64,000 bases of DNA from Bacteroidales bacterium (GTDB lineage Bacteria; Bacteroidota; Bacteroidia; Bacteroidales; Muribaculaceae): assembly GCA_030524805.1 (NCBI GenBank), contig JAUNFY010000002.1:11680-75679 (forward strand). Direction: 5' to 3'. Of this stretch, positions 1 to 9,644 are shown piece after piece. The position numbers were made by a program, and so were the translations under genes. Every line of letters starts with the position of its first letter. The stretch's first letter is position 1. The notes under the pieces are model-generated. The model made no database searches, was not told the origin of the DNA, and was given only the letters and a program-made list of their open reading frames with translations.

Positions 1-1
1 G

Positions 2-439
2 ATCAACATCTACGAAATCAAGCGCCCCGAACTCGACGCTGAAATCGTAGCCACCAACATCGCTCGCCAGATCGAAGGCAAAGTGGCATATCGCCGCGCT
101 GTCAAGATGGCTGTCGCTTCCACTATGCGTATGGGCGCTGAAGGCATCAAGGTTCAGGTTTCCGGCCGCCTCAACGGCGCTGAAATGGCCCGCTCCGAGA
201 TGTTCAAGGAAGGTCGCACACCTCTCCACACTCTCCGTGCCGACATCGACTACGCTCTCGTAGAGGCTCTCACCAAGGTGGGTATCATCGGTATCAAGGT
301 TTGGATCTGCCGTGGTGAGGTCTATGGCAAGAAGGAACTCACTCCTTCCTACGCCATCGGTCAGAAAGAAGCAGGTCGCCCCGCACGCGAGGATCGTCGT
401 CGTGGCGGTTTCCGCAACAAGAAAAATAGCAATCGTTAA
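2..439 (+). CDS. rpsC: 30S ribosomal protein S3, 5'-truncated by window edge
   Basis: Frame is open from nt 2 ([34 protein letters not shown]...). S3 C-terminal sequence with a basic tail. rplP follows, as in the S10 operon. Confidence 0.9.
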   Translation: MNIYEIKRPELDAEIVATNIARQIEGKVAYRRAVKMAVASTMRMGAEGIKVQVSGRLNGAEMARSEMFKEGRTPLHTLRADIDYALVEALTKVGIIGIKVWICRGEVYGKKELTPSYAIGQKEAGRPAREDRRRGGFRNKKNSNR

Positions 440-457
440 TAAAAGTAGACTCAGAAT

Positions 458-889
458 ATGTTACAACCTAAGAAAACCAAGTTCCGCCGCTCTCAAAAGG
501 GCAGAATGAAGGGTGAGGCTCAGCGTGGCAACCAGCTCGCGTTCGGCTCCTTCGGAATCAAAACTCTCGAGTCGAAATGGATCACCGGCCGCCAGATCGA
601 GGCTGCCCGTATCGCCGTGACTCGCTACATGCAGCGTCAGGGCCAGATCTGGATCCGTATTTTCCCCGACAAGCCTATCACCAAGAAGCCTGCCGAAGTC
701 CGAATGGGTAAAGGTAAAGGTAACCCCGAAGGCTTCGTGGCGCCTGTCACTCCGGGACGTATCCTTATCGAAGTCGAAGGTGTTCCTTTCGATGTAGCTA
801 AGGAAGCTCTCCGCCTCGCTGCTCAGAAGCTCCCCGTAACTACTAAGTTTGTCGTTCGCCGCGACTACGACCCCGCTCAGGCTCTCTGA
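458..889 (+). CDS. rplP: 50S ribosomal protein L16
   Basis: [19 protein letters not shown]...; typical L16 N-terminus, length and operon position. Confidence 0.95.
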   Translation: MLQPKKTKFRRSQKGRMKGEAQRGNQLAFGSFGIKTLESKWITGRQIEAARIAVTRYMQRQGQIWIRIFPDKPITKKPAEVRMGKGKGNPEGFVAPVTPGRILIEVEGVPFDVAKEALRLAAQKLPVTTKFVVRRDYDPAQAL

Positions 890-925
890 TAGGACTCGTC
901 CGTCAGATGCAAGATATCCCCATCT

Positions 926-971
926 CTTCAGGCACGGTCGCAAGCCGTGGCCGTGCCTGAAGGATTTTTTT
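926..971 (+). terminator. Strong intrinsic-terminator-like hairpin between rplP and rpmC
   Basis: Perfect 12-bp GC-rich stem (cttcaggcacgg 926-937 pairs with ccgtgcctgaag 951-962) with a 13-nt loop. A run of 7 T follows at 965-971. Confidence 0.75.
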
Positions 972-1086
972 AAGGAATAAGCTGAATTTTTTCTCAAGTA
1001 GGCAATATTCCTGAAATTCTTGCGTTGTATCTTTCGGACACTCCTGCTCGGAGACTCCATATTTAAAACAATATTTAATAACACCT

Positions 1087-1302
1087 ATGAAAAAGGAAGA
1101 AATCAAGGAATTAAGCATTCAGGAGCTGAAAGCCCAGATCGAGGCTTCAGAGAAGGCTTATCGTGAATTGAAAGTAGCGCACGCGATCTCTCCCGTCGAC
1201 AATCCCGCCAAGATCACTAAGGATCGGCGTGATATCGCCCGACTGAAGACAGTGCTGCGCCAGAAGCAAATCGCCGAACAGGCCAACGCTTCTGCTAAGT
1301 AA
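1087..1302 (+). CDS. rpmC: 50S ribosomal protein L29
   Basis: MKKEEIKELSIQELKAQIEASEKAYRELKV...; L29-like helical protein between rplP and rpsQ. Confidence 0.9.
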   Translation: MKKEEIKELSIQELKAQIEASEKAYRELKVAHAISPVDNPAKITKDRRDIARLKTVLRQKQIAEQANASAK

Positions 1303-1334
1303 TAATCCCTTTCTAACTATTATCCAAAACAAAA

Positions 1335-1595
1335 ATGGAAATCAAGAGAAATCTGAGAAAAGAAAGAATCGGGGTTGTTTCCAGCAACAAGTGCGACAAA
1401 ACCATCACTGTCGAAATCAAGTGGAAGGAAAAACACCCGATCTATGGTAAGTTTGTCAACAAGACAAAGAAATACCACGCTCACGACGAAAACAACGAAT
1501 GCTCCGTTGGCGATACCGTCCGCCTCATGGAGACACGCCCTTTGAGCAAGACTAAGAGATGGAGACTTGTTGAAATTATCGAAAAAGTTAAGTAA
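1335..1595 (+). CDS. rpsQ: 30S ribosomal protein S17
   Basis: [19 protein letters not shown]...[33 protein letters not shown]; classic S17. Confidence 0.95.
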   Translation: MEIKRNLRKERIGVVSSNKCDKTITVEIKWKEKHPIYGKFVNKTKKYHAHDENNECSVGDTVRLMETRPLSKTKRWRLVEIIEKVK

Positions 1596-1597
1596 CT

Positions 1598-1963
1598 ATG
1601 ATACAGACTGAATCACGCCTCACAGTAGCTGACAACAGCGGAGCGAAAGAAGCACTCTGCATCCATGTGCTCGGTGGCACCGGCCGCCGCTACGCTTCGG
1701 TAGGCGACATCATCGTGGTGACTGTAAAAAGCACCATCCCTTCATCCGACGTTAAAAAAGGTACTGTTTCCAAGGCCGTCGTTGTGAGAACCAAAAAGGA
1801 AATCCGCCGTCCCGACGGCAGCTATATCCGCTTCGACGACAACGCTTGCGTGCTTCTCAACAACGCCGGCGAAATCCGCGGTACCCGTATCTTCGGCCCC
1901 GTGGCTCGTGAACTCCGTGCCACCAACATGAAGATCGTTTCTCTCGCCCCCGAGGTGCTTTAA
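1598..1963 (+). CDS. rplN: 50S ribosomal protein L14
   Basis: [18 protein letters not shown]...; near-universal L14 N-terminus. Confidence 0.97.
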   Translation: MIQTESRLTVADNSGAKEALCIHVLGGTGRRYASVGDIIVVTVKSTIPSSDVKKGTVSKAVVVRTKKEIRRPDGSYIRFDDNACVLLNNAGEIRGTRIFGPVARELRATNMKIVSLAPEVL

Positions 1964-1984
1964 TCATTCTAATAGATTATAATC

Positions 1985-2305
1985 ATGTCAAAACTTCATA
2001 TTAAGAAAGGTGATACTGTCTATGTCAATGCCGGCGACGACAAGGGCAAGACAGGACGTGTGCTCGAGGTTCAGGTGAAGAAAAACCGCGCTATCGTTGA
2101 AGGCGTAAACTTCGTGTCCAAAAGCACTAAGCCCAGCGCAAAACACCCGCAGGGCGGTATCGTGAAGATGGAAGCCCCCATCCACGTGTCAAATCTCAAT
2201 CTCGTCGACCCCAAAAGCGGCAAACCTACCCGCGTGGCCCACAAGAGAGATGAGAATGGTAAGTTAGTTCGTGTTTCTAAAAAATCAGGAGAGGAGATTA
2301 AGTAA
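1985..2305 (+). CDS. rplX: 50S ribosomal protein L24
   Basis: [27 protein letters not shown] (KOW motif); operon position. Confidence 0.95.
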   Translation: MSKLHIKKGDTVYVNAGDDKGKTGRVLEVQVKKNRAIVEGVNFVSKSTKPSAKHPQGGIVKMEAPIHVSNLNLVDPKSGKPTRVAHKRDENGKLVRVSKKSGEEIK

Positions 2306-2306
2306 T

Positions 2307-2858
2307 ATGAGCACCACTACATTAGCTAAGGAGTATAAAGAAAGAATCGCTCCCGAACTCGTCAAGGAGTTCAATTACACCACACCCATGCAGGTGCCTC
2401 GCCTCGAGAAGATCGTAATCAACCAGGGTCTCGGTGCTGCCACTCAGGACAAGAAACTGATTGAGACTGCAATCAACGAAATCACTGCTATCACAGGTCA
2501 GAAAGCCGTGCCGACTCTCTCTCGTAAGGATATCTCTAACTTCAAGCTGCGTAAGAAAATGCCCATCGGCGTGATGGTCACTCTCCGCAGAGAGAAAATG
2601 TATGAGTTCCTTGAAAGGCTCATCCGCGTCGCTCTTCCTCGTATCCGCGACTTCAAGGGCATCAACTCCAAGCTCGACGGCCGTGGCAACTACACTCTCG
2701 GCATCACTGAGCAGATCATTTTCCCCGAGATCAATATCGACAATGTGCCCAAGCTTCAGGGTATGAACATCACTTTCGTAACTTCAGCCAACACTGACGC
2801 CGAAGGTTTCGCTCTGCTCAAGAAGTTCGGTCTTCCTTTCAAAAACGACAACAAATAA
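2307..2858 (+). CDS. rplE: 50S ribosomal protein L5
   Basis: Internal ATG at 2307 ([22 protein letters not shown]...) lies directly after the rplX stop. The upstream part of the tracked ORF overlaps rplX. Confidence 0.93.
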   Translation: MSTTTLAKEYKERIAPELVKEFNYTTPMQVPRLEKIVINQGLGAATQDKKLIETAINEITAITGQKAVPTLSRKDISNFKLRKKMPIGVMVTLRREKMYEFLERLIRVALPRIRDFKGINSKLDGRGNYTLGITEQIIFPEINIDNVPKLQGMNITFVTSANTDAEGFALLKKFGLPFKNDNK

Positions 2859-2863
2859 GAGAT

Positions 2864-3166
2864 ATGGCTAAGGAATCAATGAAGGCACGCGAAGTGAAGC
2901 GTGCGAAGATGGTTGCCAAATACGCAGAGAAGAAAGCCGCCCTCAAGAAGGCTGCTCTCGCCGACGCTGAAGGTAATATCGACTACGAGGCTCTTACCAA
3001 ACTCCAGAAGCTCCCCAAAAACGCATCGCGCGTTCGTCTGCACAACCGTTGCATGATGACCGGTCGTCCCAAGGGTTACATCCGTCAGTTTGGTATCTCC
3101 CGTATCCAGTTCCGCGAAATGGCTTCCGCTGGTCTCATCCCCGGCGTCAAGAAAGCAAGCTGGTAA
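2864..3166 (+). CDS. rpsN: 30S ribosomal protein S14 (long, ~100 aa form)
   Basis: [24 protein letters not shown]...[30 protein letters not shown]...ASW. Confidence 0.93.
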   Translation: MAKESMKAREVKRAKMVAKYAEKKAALKKAALADAEGNIDYEALTKLQKLPKNASRVRLHNRCMMTGRPKGYIRQFGISRIQFREMASAGLIPGVKKASW

Positions 3167-3204
3167 ATTCCAACAGGTAAACCCACGTTTGCCCATTCAA
3201 TACA

Positions 3205-3236
3205 AAAGGAGTCGTCCCCCAAGGATGACTCTTTTC
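3205..3236 (+). terminator. Intrinsic-terminator-like hairpin right after rpsN
   Basis: Stem aggagtcgtcc / ggatgactct (about 10 bp including G-U pairs) with loop cccaa, running into cttttct. Confidence 0.55.
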
Positions 3237-3255
3237 TATGTCAAGCCCATAGTAT

Positions 3256-3309
3256 CCGTCCGAAAAAGCCGACTCAATTGTAAAAAATAAAGTCGGCGCT
3301 TTCGGACGG
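3256..3309 (+). other. Long imperfect hairpin in the rpsN-rpsH spacer
   Basis: ccgtccgaaa...gccgact // agtcggc...tttcggacgg; two nested helices around an A-rich loop. Confidence 0.5.
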
Positions 3310-3500
3310 TTACTTATAACCGATGTTTTGCTTTAATCTGCCTGTGTCGATCTTTTCCGGTTTAAGATTGACATAATAGATGTTTGAAAAATGAAGAATC
3401 GTGTGCATTCAGTTTTGAACAACTGAAGTGGAGGAAAGTTGTTAAATTAAGTTAAATATTCTTAACAAGCAGCTGTTTCGGCTCATATTCAATTCGAAAA

Positions 3501-3582
3501 CTTGCATACGTTGGGATTTTTTACTAATTTTGCACCGATTAAGCGCAGATTGTGTCTTCGACGCAACCTGTGCTTAACTTTG
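3501..3582 (+). promoter_or_regulatory. Internal promoter(s) for rpsH and downstream genes, plus a 5'-terminal leader hairpin
   Basis: -7 element TAATTTTG at 3525-3532, with cTTG at 3501-3504 20 nt upstream. A second -7-like TAACTTTG lies at 3575-3582. A 16-bp hairpin at 3539-3577 (one mismatch, two G-U pairs, loop tcttcga) starts about where transcription would begin. Confidence 0.5.
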
Positions 3583-3636
3583 AGAGTATTAAATATTGTT
3601 CGGTAAATCTGAATCAATTTAAAACAAAACAAACAA

Positions 3637-4035
3637 ATGACTGATCCAATCGCAGATTATTTGACAAGACTGCGCAACGCCATCCACGCCGGTCACCGCG
3701 TGGTGGAAGTTCCGTCTTCGAAAATGAAGAAAGAGATCACTAAGATCCTTTTCGAACAGGGCTACATCCTGAACTACAAGTTCATGGAAGGTCCTACTCC
3801 TTCGGGCACTATCAAGATCGCCCTCAAGTATGATCCGGTCGACAAGGTTAACGCCATCAAGGCTCTCCGCCGCGTTTCCCGTCCCGGTCTTCGCCAGTAC
3901 ACAGGCTACAAAGACATGCCCCGCGTGCTCAACGGCCTCGGTATCGCCATCATCTCCACTTCCAAGGGCGTGATGACCAATAAACAGGCTGCCGATGAAA
4001 AAATCGGTGGTGAAGTATTATGCTACGTTTATTAA
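3637..4035 (+). CDS. rpsH: 30S ribosomal protein S8
   Basis: MTDPIADYLTRLRNA...; canonical S8 N-terminus. Confidence 0.96.
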   Translation: MTDPIADYLTRLRNAIHAGHRVVEVPSSKMKKEITKILFEQGYILNYKFMEGPTPSGTIKIALKYDPVDKVNAIKALRRVSRPGLRQYTGYKDMPRVLNGLGIAIISTSKGVMTNKQAADEKIGGEVLCYVY

Positions 4036-4053
4036 TGAAAGGAGGATTTAATT

Positions 4054-4608
4054 ATGTCAAGAATAGGTAAAGCTCCAATCGAACTCCCCGCAAAGGTGGA
4101 AGTGTCTGTAAAAGACAACGTAGTAACAGTAAAAGGTCCTAAGGGTACCCTCTCGCAGGAAATCAATCCCGACATCAAGGTAGAAGTAGCTGATGGTCAC
4201 ATCCACGTGACCCGTCCCGACGACGAACGCGAACACCGCGCGCTTCATGGTCTCTATCGCGCCCTGATCCACAACATGGTGGTTGGCGTTTCTGAAGGCT
4301 ACAAGAAAGAACTGGAACTCGTAGGCGTCGGCTACCGTGCAGCAGCTACCGGCCAGGTTCTCGAACTTTCTCTCGGCTACTCCCACGCCATCTATATCAA
4401 ACTCCCCCAGGAAATCAAGGTGGAAGCTAAGTCCGAGCGTAATAAAAACCCGCTTATCATCCTCGAATCAAGCGATAAGCAGCTCCTCGGCCAGGTATGC
4501 GCCAAGATCCGCTCGCTCCGCAAGCCTGAACCTTACAAGGGCAAGGGTATCAAGTTCGTCGGTGAAATCATCCGCCGCAAGTCCGGCAAGTCAGCCAACG
4601 CTAAATAA
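4054..4608 (+). CDS. rplF: 50S ribosomal protein L6
   Basis: MSRIGKAPIELPAKVEVSVKDNVVTVKGPKGTL... Confidence 0.96.
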   Translation: MSRIGKAPIELPAKVEVSVKDNVVTVKGPKGTLSQEINPDIKVEVADGHIHVTRPDDEREHRALHGLYRALIHNMVVGVSEGYKKELELVGVGYRAAATGQVLELSLGYSHAIYIKLPQEIKVEAKSERNKNPLIILESSDKQLLGQVCAKIRSLRKPEPYKGKGIKFVGEIIRRKSGKSANAK

Positions 4609-4621
4609 TCTTTAGGAAGTT

Positions 4622-4963
4622 ATGGTATCTAAAATAGATAGAAGAAATAAAATCAAAGCCCGCATCCGTGGCAAAATCTCCGGCACCGCCCAGCGTCCCC
4701 GCATGAGCGTCTTCCGCAGCAATAAGGCCATCTACGTCCAGGTCATCGACGACCTCGCCGGCGCCACTCTCGTCGCTGCTTCTTCCAAGGGCATCGCCGA
4801 AGGAACCAAAACTGAAATCGCTGCTAAGGTTGGCGAAGAAATCGCCAAGAAAGCTCAGGAAAAAGGTATCACTGAAGTTGTGTTCGACCGTAACGGCTAT
4901 CTCTTCCACGGTCGCGTTAAATCTTTGGCCGACGCTGCTCGCAAGGCCGGTCTTAAATTCTAA
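4622..4963 (+). CDS. rplR: 50S ribosomal protein L18
   Basis: [31 protein letters not shown]...[26 protein letters not shown]. Confidence 0.95.
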   Translation: MVSKIDRRNKIKARIRGKISGTAQRPRMSVFRSNKAIYVQVIDDLAGATLVAASSKGIAEGTKTEIAAKVGEEIAKKAQEKGITEVVFDRNGYLFHGRVKSLADAARKAGLKF

Positions 4964-4972
4964 TCGTTAGTC

Positions 4973-5491
4973 ATGGCAAAAAATAATAGAGTTAAATCTA
5001 CCAATGATCTCGACCTCAAAGACCGTCTGGTTGCCATCAACCGCGTCACAAAGGTCACTAAGGGTGGACGCGCCTTCAGCTTCGCCGCTATCGTCGTTGT
5101 AGGCAACGAGAATGGCGTCATCGGCTGGGGCCTCGGCAAAGCCAATGAAGTGCAGGCTGCTATCGCAAAAGGCGTGGAGACAGCAAAGAAGAACCTTATC
5201 CGTGTGCCCGTACACAAAGGCACAATTCCCCACGAGCAGGAAGCTAAGTTTGGCGGTAGCCGCATCTTCCTCCGTCCCGCCTCTGAAGGTACAGGTGTGA
5301 AGGCCGGCGGCGCTATGCGTGCGGTGCTCGAGTCTGTAGGCATCACCGACGTCCTCGCCAAGTCGAAGGGCTCTTCCAACCCCCACAACCTCGTGAAGGC
5401 TACAATCGCTGCCCTCGCCGAGCTCCGCAGCCCTGCTCAGGTTGCTCAGAACCGCAGCGTATCAGTTGAAAAAGTGTTTAACGGTAAATAA
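4973..5491 (+). CDS. rpsE: 30S ribosomal protein S5
   Basis: [42 protein letters not shown]... Confidence 0.96.
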   Translation: MAKNNRVKSTNDLDLKDRLVAINRVTKVTKGGRAFSFAAIVVVGNENGVIGWGLGKANEVQAAIAKGVETAKKNLIRVPVHKGTIPHEQEAKFGGSRIFLRPASEGTGVKAGGAMRAVLESVGITDVLAKSKGSSNPHNLVKATIAALAELRSPAQVAQNRSVSVEKVFNGK

Positions 5492-5499
5492 TATCTGCA

Positions 5500-5679
5500 A
5501 TGGCACAAATAGCTATCAAGCAAATCAAAAGCCGCATCAATTGCCCCGCTGTCCAGAAGCGCACTCTTGATGCTCTCGGCCTCAGAAAGATGAACCACAC
5601 TGTGGTTAAAGAAGACACTCCCGCCATCCTCGGTATGGTTAAAGCCGTTCATCACCTCGTAGAAGTAACAAAACTTTAA
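5500..5679 (+). CDS. rpmD: 50S ribosomal protein L30 (59 aa, below the ORF-track cutoff)
   Basis: Hand-translated: MAQIAIKQIKSRINCPAVQKRTLDALGLRKMNHTVVKEDTPAILGMVKAVHHLVEVTKL*. Lies between rpsE and rplO. Confidence 0.88.
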   Translation: MAQIAIKQIKSRINCPAVQKRTLDALGLRKMNHTVVKEDTPAILGMVKAVHHLVEVTKL

Positions 5680-5693
5680 TTCAGATTTTTCCA

Positions 5694-6140
5694 ATGGAAC
5701 TTCATAATCTTCAACCGGCACCCGGCTCCAACAAGGGTGTCAAGAGAATCGGTCGCGGTCCCGGCTCCGGCTTCGGTGGCACTTCTACCCGCGGCCACAA
5801 GGGCGCCAAGTCCCGCTCTGGCTACAAACGCAAAATCGGCTTCGAAGGTGGCCAGATGCCGCTCCAGCGCCGTGTGCCTAAGTTCGGCTTCAACAACATC
5901 AACCGCGTCGAATACAAGGCACTCAATATTGATGCCCTCGAGGCTCTGGCCGCTGCCAAAAACCTCGAGAAGATTACAGTTGCTGACCTCCGCGAAGCGG
6001 GTCTCGTTCCCAAGAATGCTCTCGTTAAGATTCTGGGCAACGGCGCTCTGACCCACAAGATTGAGGTTGAGGCTAACGCCTTCTCAAAATCTGCTGAGGC
6101 CGCTATCACCGCCGCCGGTGGTTCTGTAATCAAATTATAA
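5694..6140 (+). CDS. rplO: 50S ribosomal protein L15
   Basis: MELHNLQPAPGSNKGVKRIGRGPGSGFGGTSTRGHKGAKSRSG... Confidence 0.95.
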   Translation: MELHNLQPAPGSNKGVKRIGRGPGSGFGGTSTRGHKGAKSRSGYKRKIGFEGGQMPLQRRVPKFGFNNINRVEYKALNIDALEALAAAKNLEKITVADLREAGLVPKNALVKILGNGALTHKIEVEANAFSKSAEAAITAAGGSVIKL

Positions 6141-6151
6141 CTTTCTGTAAA

Positions 6152-7486
6152 ATGGGATTTACTCAAACTATTAAAGATATCTGGAGCGTCGAAGATCTCC
6201 GCAAGAGAATCGGCATCACGCTGCTTCTCGTGATCATCTATCGCTTCGGTTGCTATGTGGTTCTGCCGGGAATCAACCCCAACGACCTCATGGCTCTCAA
6301 AAATTTCACCTCCGACGGCCTCATGCAGCTGCTCGACATGTTCTCGGGCGGTGCATTCTCCCAAGCCTCCATCTTCGCCCTCGGCATCATGCCCTACATC
6401 ACGGCATCGATCGTGATCCAGCTTCTCGGCATGGTACTCCCGTCGTTCCAGAAGATGCAGCGCGAGGGTGAGTCCGGAAGAATGAAATTGAATCAGTACA
6501 CCCGTTATCTCACCGTCTTCATCCTCGTTCTCCAGGGTCCCGCTTATCTGATGAATCTCCGTTACCAGATTCAGGCAGCCGGCGGAGCTGTAGAGCTTCC
6601 CTGGTATACCATGATGTTCATGACCATCGTCCTCGCGGCCGGCTCAATGTTCATCATGTGGCTCGGTGAGAGAATCGATCAGAAAGGCGTGGGTAATGGT
6701 ATCTCATTCATTATCCTTATCGGTATCATCGCAAGACTGCCCGAAGCTTTCTTTCAGGAATTCACCGGCCGCCTTCTCAACTCGGCAGGTGGTGGCCTCG
6801 TTCTCTTCCTTGTAGAGATCGTGATTCTCCTCGCTGTCATCGCAGGCGCCGTCCTCCTCGTTCAGGGCGTTCGGAAAGTGCCCGTGCAGTACGCTAAGAA
6901 GATTGTGGGCAATAAGCAGTATGGTGGTGTCCGTCAGTATATCCCGCTGAAAGTGAACGCTGCCGGTGTGATGCCTATCATCTTTGCGCAGGCTATCATG
7001 TTCATTCCTATCACTCTCGCAGGCTTCAGCCCCAACCAGACCGGTTTGGTCGGAGCCCTTACAGACATGTATGGATGGACCTACAACATCATCTACTTCC
7101 TGATGATTGTGGCTTTCACCTACTTCTACACTGCTATCACTGTGCGTCCCGCGCAGATGGCCGAAGATATGAAACGCAACAATGGCTTTATCCCCGGCGT
7201 GAAACCCGGCAAACCGACCGTTGACTATCTTGACTCCATCATGTCGCGAATCACCCTGCCGGGATCTATCTTCCTTGGCATCGTCGCCGTGATGCCCGCT
7301 ATTGCTTACGTATTTGGTATCAACCGCAACTTCGCATCGTTCTTCGGCGGCACATCGCTGCTGATTCTCGTCGGAGTGATTCTTGATACTCTGCGTATCG
7401 TTGAAGGCCACCTGCTCATGCGCCACTACGATGGCCTGATGAAAGGTACCAGGATTCAAGGCCGCGCTTCCGGCCCCGGTTATTGA
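6152..7486 (+). CDS. secY: Preprotein translocase subunit SecY
   Basis: 444 aa multi-TM protein with IFALGIMPYITASIVIQLL; position after rplO. Confidence 0.96.
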   Translation: MGFTQTIKDIWSVEDLRKRIGITLLLVIIYRFGCYVVLPGINPNDLMALKNFTSDGLMQLLDMFSGGAFSQASIFALGIMPYITASIVIQLLGMVLPSFQKMQREGESGRMKLNQYTRYLTVFILVLQGPAYLMNLRYQIQAAGGAVELPWYTMMFMTIVLAAGSMFIMWLGERIDQKGVGNGISFIILIGIIARLPEAFFQEFTGRLLNSAGGGLVLFLVEIVILLAVIAGAVLLVQGVRKVPVQYAKKIVGNKQYGGVRQYIPLKVNAAGVMPIIFAQAIMFIPITLAGFSPNQTGLVGALTDMYGWTYNIIYFLMIVAFTYFYTAITVRPAQMAEDMKRNNGFIPGVKPGKPTVDYLDSIMSRITLPGSIFLGIVAVMPAIAYVFGINRNFASFFGGTSLLILVGVILDTLRIVEGHLLMRHYDGLMKGTRIQGRASGPGY

Positions 7487-7514
7487 TTGCTAATGTTTTT
7501 ATAGAAATTCAGAA

Positions 7515-8297
7515 ATGATTTTTATCAAGACAGAAGAAGAAATCGAAGCGGTGCGCCGGGCTTCCGACCTCGTCAGCCAGACGCTGGGTGAGGTCGCGAA
7601 GTGGATCCGCCCGGGTATCACCACACGCCAGCTCGACACCGTCGCACGGGAATTTATTCTCGACAACGGCGGACGTCCCGCTTGCCTTGGCTACCATGGG
7701 TTTCCCGGCACTCTCTGCATAGAGGTCAACGAAACAGTTGTGCATGGTTTCCCTTCCGACTATATACTGAAGGAAGGTGATATCGTAGGTACCGACTGCG
7801 TGGTTGAACTCAATGGTTTCAACGGTGACTCATGCTACACCTTTGCCGTAGGCGAAATCGACCCGAAAGTAATGGATCTCCTTGTATGCACCAAGGAATC
7901 GCTCTTCAAGGGTATCGCGGCCGCTCGAGCCGGTAAGAGAATCGGCGACATCGGCAACGCCGTGCAGACGTTTTGCGAACATCACGGCTACTCCGTGGTT
8001 CGAGAGATGTGTGGCCACGGCATAGGCAAAAGCATGCATGAGGATCCCGAAGTACACAACTACGGCCGCCGCGGCATAGGACCGCTCCTGAAGCCCGGCA
8101 TGTGCATCTGCATCGAGCCGATGATCAACCTCGGCTCCAAAAATATAGTCTTTGAGAAAGACGGATGGCAGACTCGCACCAAAGACCGCAAGCCTTCGGC
8201 ACACTTCGAGCACACGATTCTCATCACCGACGACAAGCCCGAGATCCTGACCACATTCGACTATATTCAGCAGGCACTTGGCGAAAGAAGTTTCTGA
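7515..8297 (+). CDS. map: Type I methionine aminopeptidase
   Basis: GYHGFP...VVHG..., DIVGTDCVVELNGFNGD, GHGIG..MHEDP; metal-ligand motifs of MetAP. Confidence 0.93.
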   Translation: MIFIKTEEEIEAVRRASDLVSQTLGEVAKWIRPGITTRQLDTVAREFILDNGGRPACLGYHGFPGTLCIEVNETVVHGFPSDYILKEGDIVGTDCVVELNGFNGDSCYTFAVGEIDPKVMDLLVCTKESLFKGIAAARAGKRIGDIGNAVQTFCEHHGYSVVREMCGHGIGKSMHEDPEVHNYGRRGIGPLLKPGMCICIEPMINLGSKNIVFEKDGWQTRTKDRKPSAHFEHTILITDDKPEILTTFDYIQQALGERSF

Positions 8298-8322
8298 TTT
8301 TTTATAAAGTCTGATTTTTAAT

Positions 8323-8541
8323 ATGGCAAAACAAGCAGCAATCGAACAAGACGGTGTTATTCTCGAAGCCCTGAGCAATGCAATGTTCAAGGTAGAGCTT
8401 GAGAACGGACATGAAATCACAGCTCACATCTCAGGCAAGATGAGAATGCACTATATCAAGATCCTCCCCGGCGATAAGGTAAAGGTCGAGATGTCGCCCT
8501 ACGACCTTTCAAAGGGTAGAATCGCTTTCCGTTACAAATAA
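8323..8541 (+). CDS. infA: Translation initiation factor IF-1
   Basis: [62 protein letters not shown]. Confidence 0.96.
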   Translation: MAKQAAIEQDGVILEALSNAMFKVELENGHEITAHISGKMRMHYIKILPGDKVKVEMSPYDLSKGRIAFRYK

Positions 8542-8556
8542 ATTCGAATTCCAGAT

Positions 8557-8673
8557 ATGAAAGTAAGAGCATCAATCAAAAAGCGCACACCCGATAGCAA
8601 GATTGTGCGTCGCAAAGGTAGATTGTACGTAATCAACAAAAAGAACCCTAAACTCAAACAGCGCCAAGGCTAA
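8557..8673 (+). CDS. rpmJ: 50S ribosomal protein L36 (38 aa, below the ORF-track cutoff)
   Basis: Hand-translated: [38 protein letters not shown]. Confidence 0.9.
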   Translation: MKVRASIKKRTPDSKIVRRKGRLYVINKKNPKLKQRQG

Positions 8674-8707
8674 TTGCCCCATGCACTAAAAACGTAAACA
8701 TTAAATT

Positions 8708-9088
8708 ATGGCAGTACGTATAGTCGGCGTTGATTTGCCGCAAAACAAAAGAGGCGATATCGCCCTCACATATATCTACGGCATCGGCCGTAGCGCAGCT
8801 TGCACCATCCTTAAAAAAGCAGGTGTAGATGGTATGATCAAGGTTCAGGACTGGACCGACGACCAGGCTGCCGCTGTCCGCGAAGTTATCCAGACCGAAT
8901 ACAAGGTAGAAGGCGACCTCCGCAGCGAAATCCAACTCAACATCAAGCGACTCATGGATATCGGTTGCTATCGTGGCATCCGCCATCGTCTTGGTCTGCC
9001 CGTACGCGGTCAGAGCACCAAGAACAATGCCCGCACTCGTAAGGGTCGCAAGAAAACTGTTGCTAACAAGAAGAAAGCTACTAAATAA
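8708..9088 (+). CDS. rpsM: 30S ribosomal protein S13
   Basis: [29 protein letters not shown]... Confidence 0.96.
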   Translation: MAVRIVGVDLPQNKRGDIALTYIYGIGRSAACTILKKAGVDGMIKVQDWTDDQAAAVREVIQTEYKVEGDLRSEIQLNIKRLMDIGCYRGIRHRLGLPVRGQSTKNNARTRKGRKKTVANKKKATK

Positions 9089-9097
9089 TTTTAAATT

Positions 9098-9487
9098 ATG
9101 GCAAAAAAGACAGTCGCAGCGAAGAAGAGAAATGTCAAGGTTGACGCTATGGGTCAGCTCCACGTACACTCTTCCTTCAACAACATCATCGTGTGCCTCG
9201 CCAACTCCGAGGGTCAGGTTATCTCCTGGTCTTCCGCCGGCAAGATGGGCTTCCGCGGTTCAAAGAAAAATACTCCCTACGCTGCACAGATGGCAGCTCA
9301 GGACTGCGCCAAGATCGCTTACGATCTCGGTCTCCGCAAAGTCAAGGCATACGTCAAAGGTCCGGGCAACGGACGTGAATCCGCTATCCGCACCGTGCAC
9401 GGCGCCGGTATCGAAGTAGTCGAGATCGTCGACGTTACTCCGCTACCGCACAACGGTTGCCGTCCTCCCAAAAGAAGAAGAGTCTGA
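9098..9487 (+). CDS. rpsK: 30S ribosomal protein S11
   Basis: [46 protein letters not shown]... Confidence 0.96.
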   Translation: MAKKTVAAKKRNVKVDAMGQLHVHSSFNNIIVCLANSEGQVISWSSAGKMGFRGSKKNTPYAAQMAAQDCAKIAYDLGLRKVKAYVKGPGNGRESAIRTVHGAGIEVVEIVDVTPLPHNGCRPPKRRRV

Positions 9488-9493
9488 TCTTTT

Positions 9494-9590
9494 CCGCCTA
9501 TGTCCCTGAATGCGAATGACCCTCACGATATCTTTCTCTCGAGGGGTCGCGGCTGCGCTAAGGGGATATGCGGTCTCGGTCGAGATTCTA
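9494..9590 (+). promoter_or_regulatory. Structured rpsK-rpsD spacer; candidate S4 autoregulatory leader
   Basis: Nested helices: outer ccgcctatgtccc (9494-9506) with ggggatatgcgg (9562-9573); inner gaccctc (9518-9524) with gaggggtc (9541-9548); small hairpin at 9574-9585. Lies directly upstream of rpsD. Confidence 0.4.
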
Positions 9591-9644
9591 ATTTGACAAA
9601 GTTTATTTCTATAAAAGTCAAATCATTTCTAAGAATTTTTTAAA

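Noticed and set aside
461-1084. 207-aa minus-strand ORF spanning rplP and the rplP-rpmC spacer
   Set aside because: It is mostly antisense to rplP. It has no motifs and reads through the terminator hairpin. Considered spurious.
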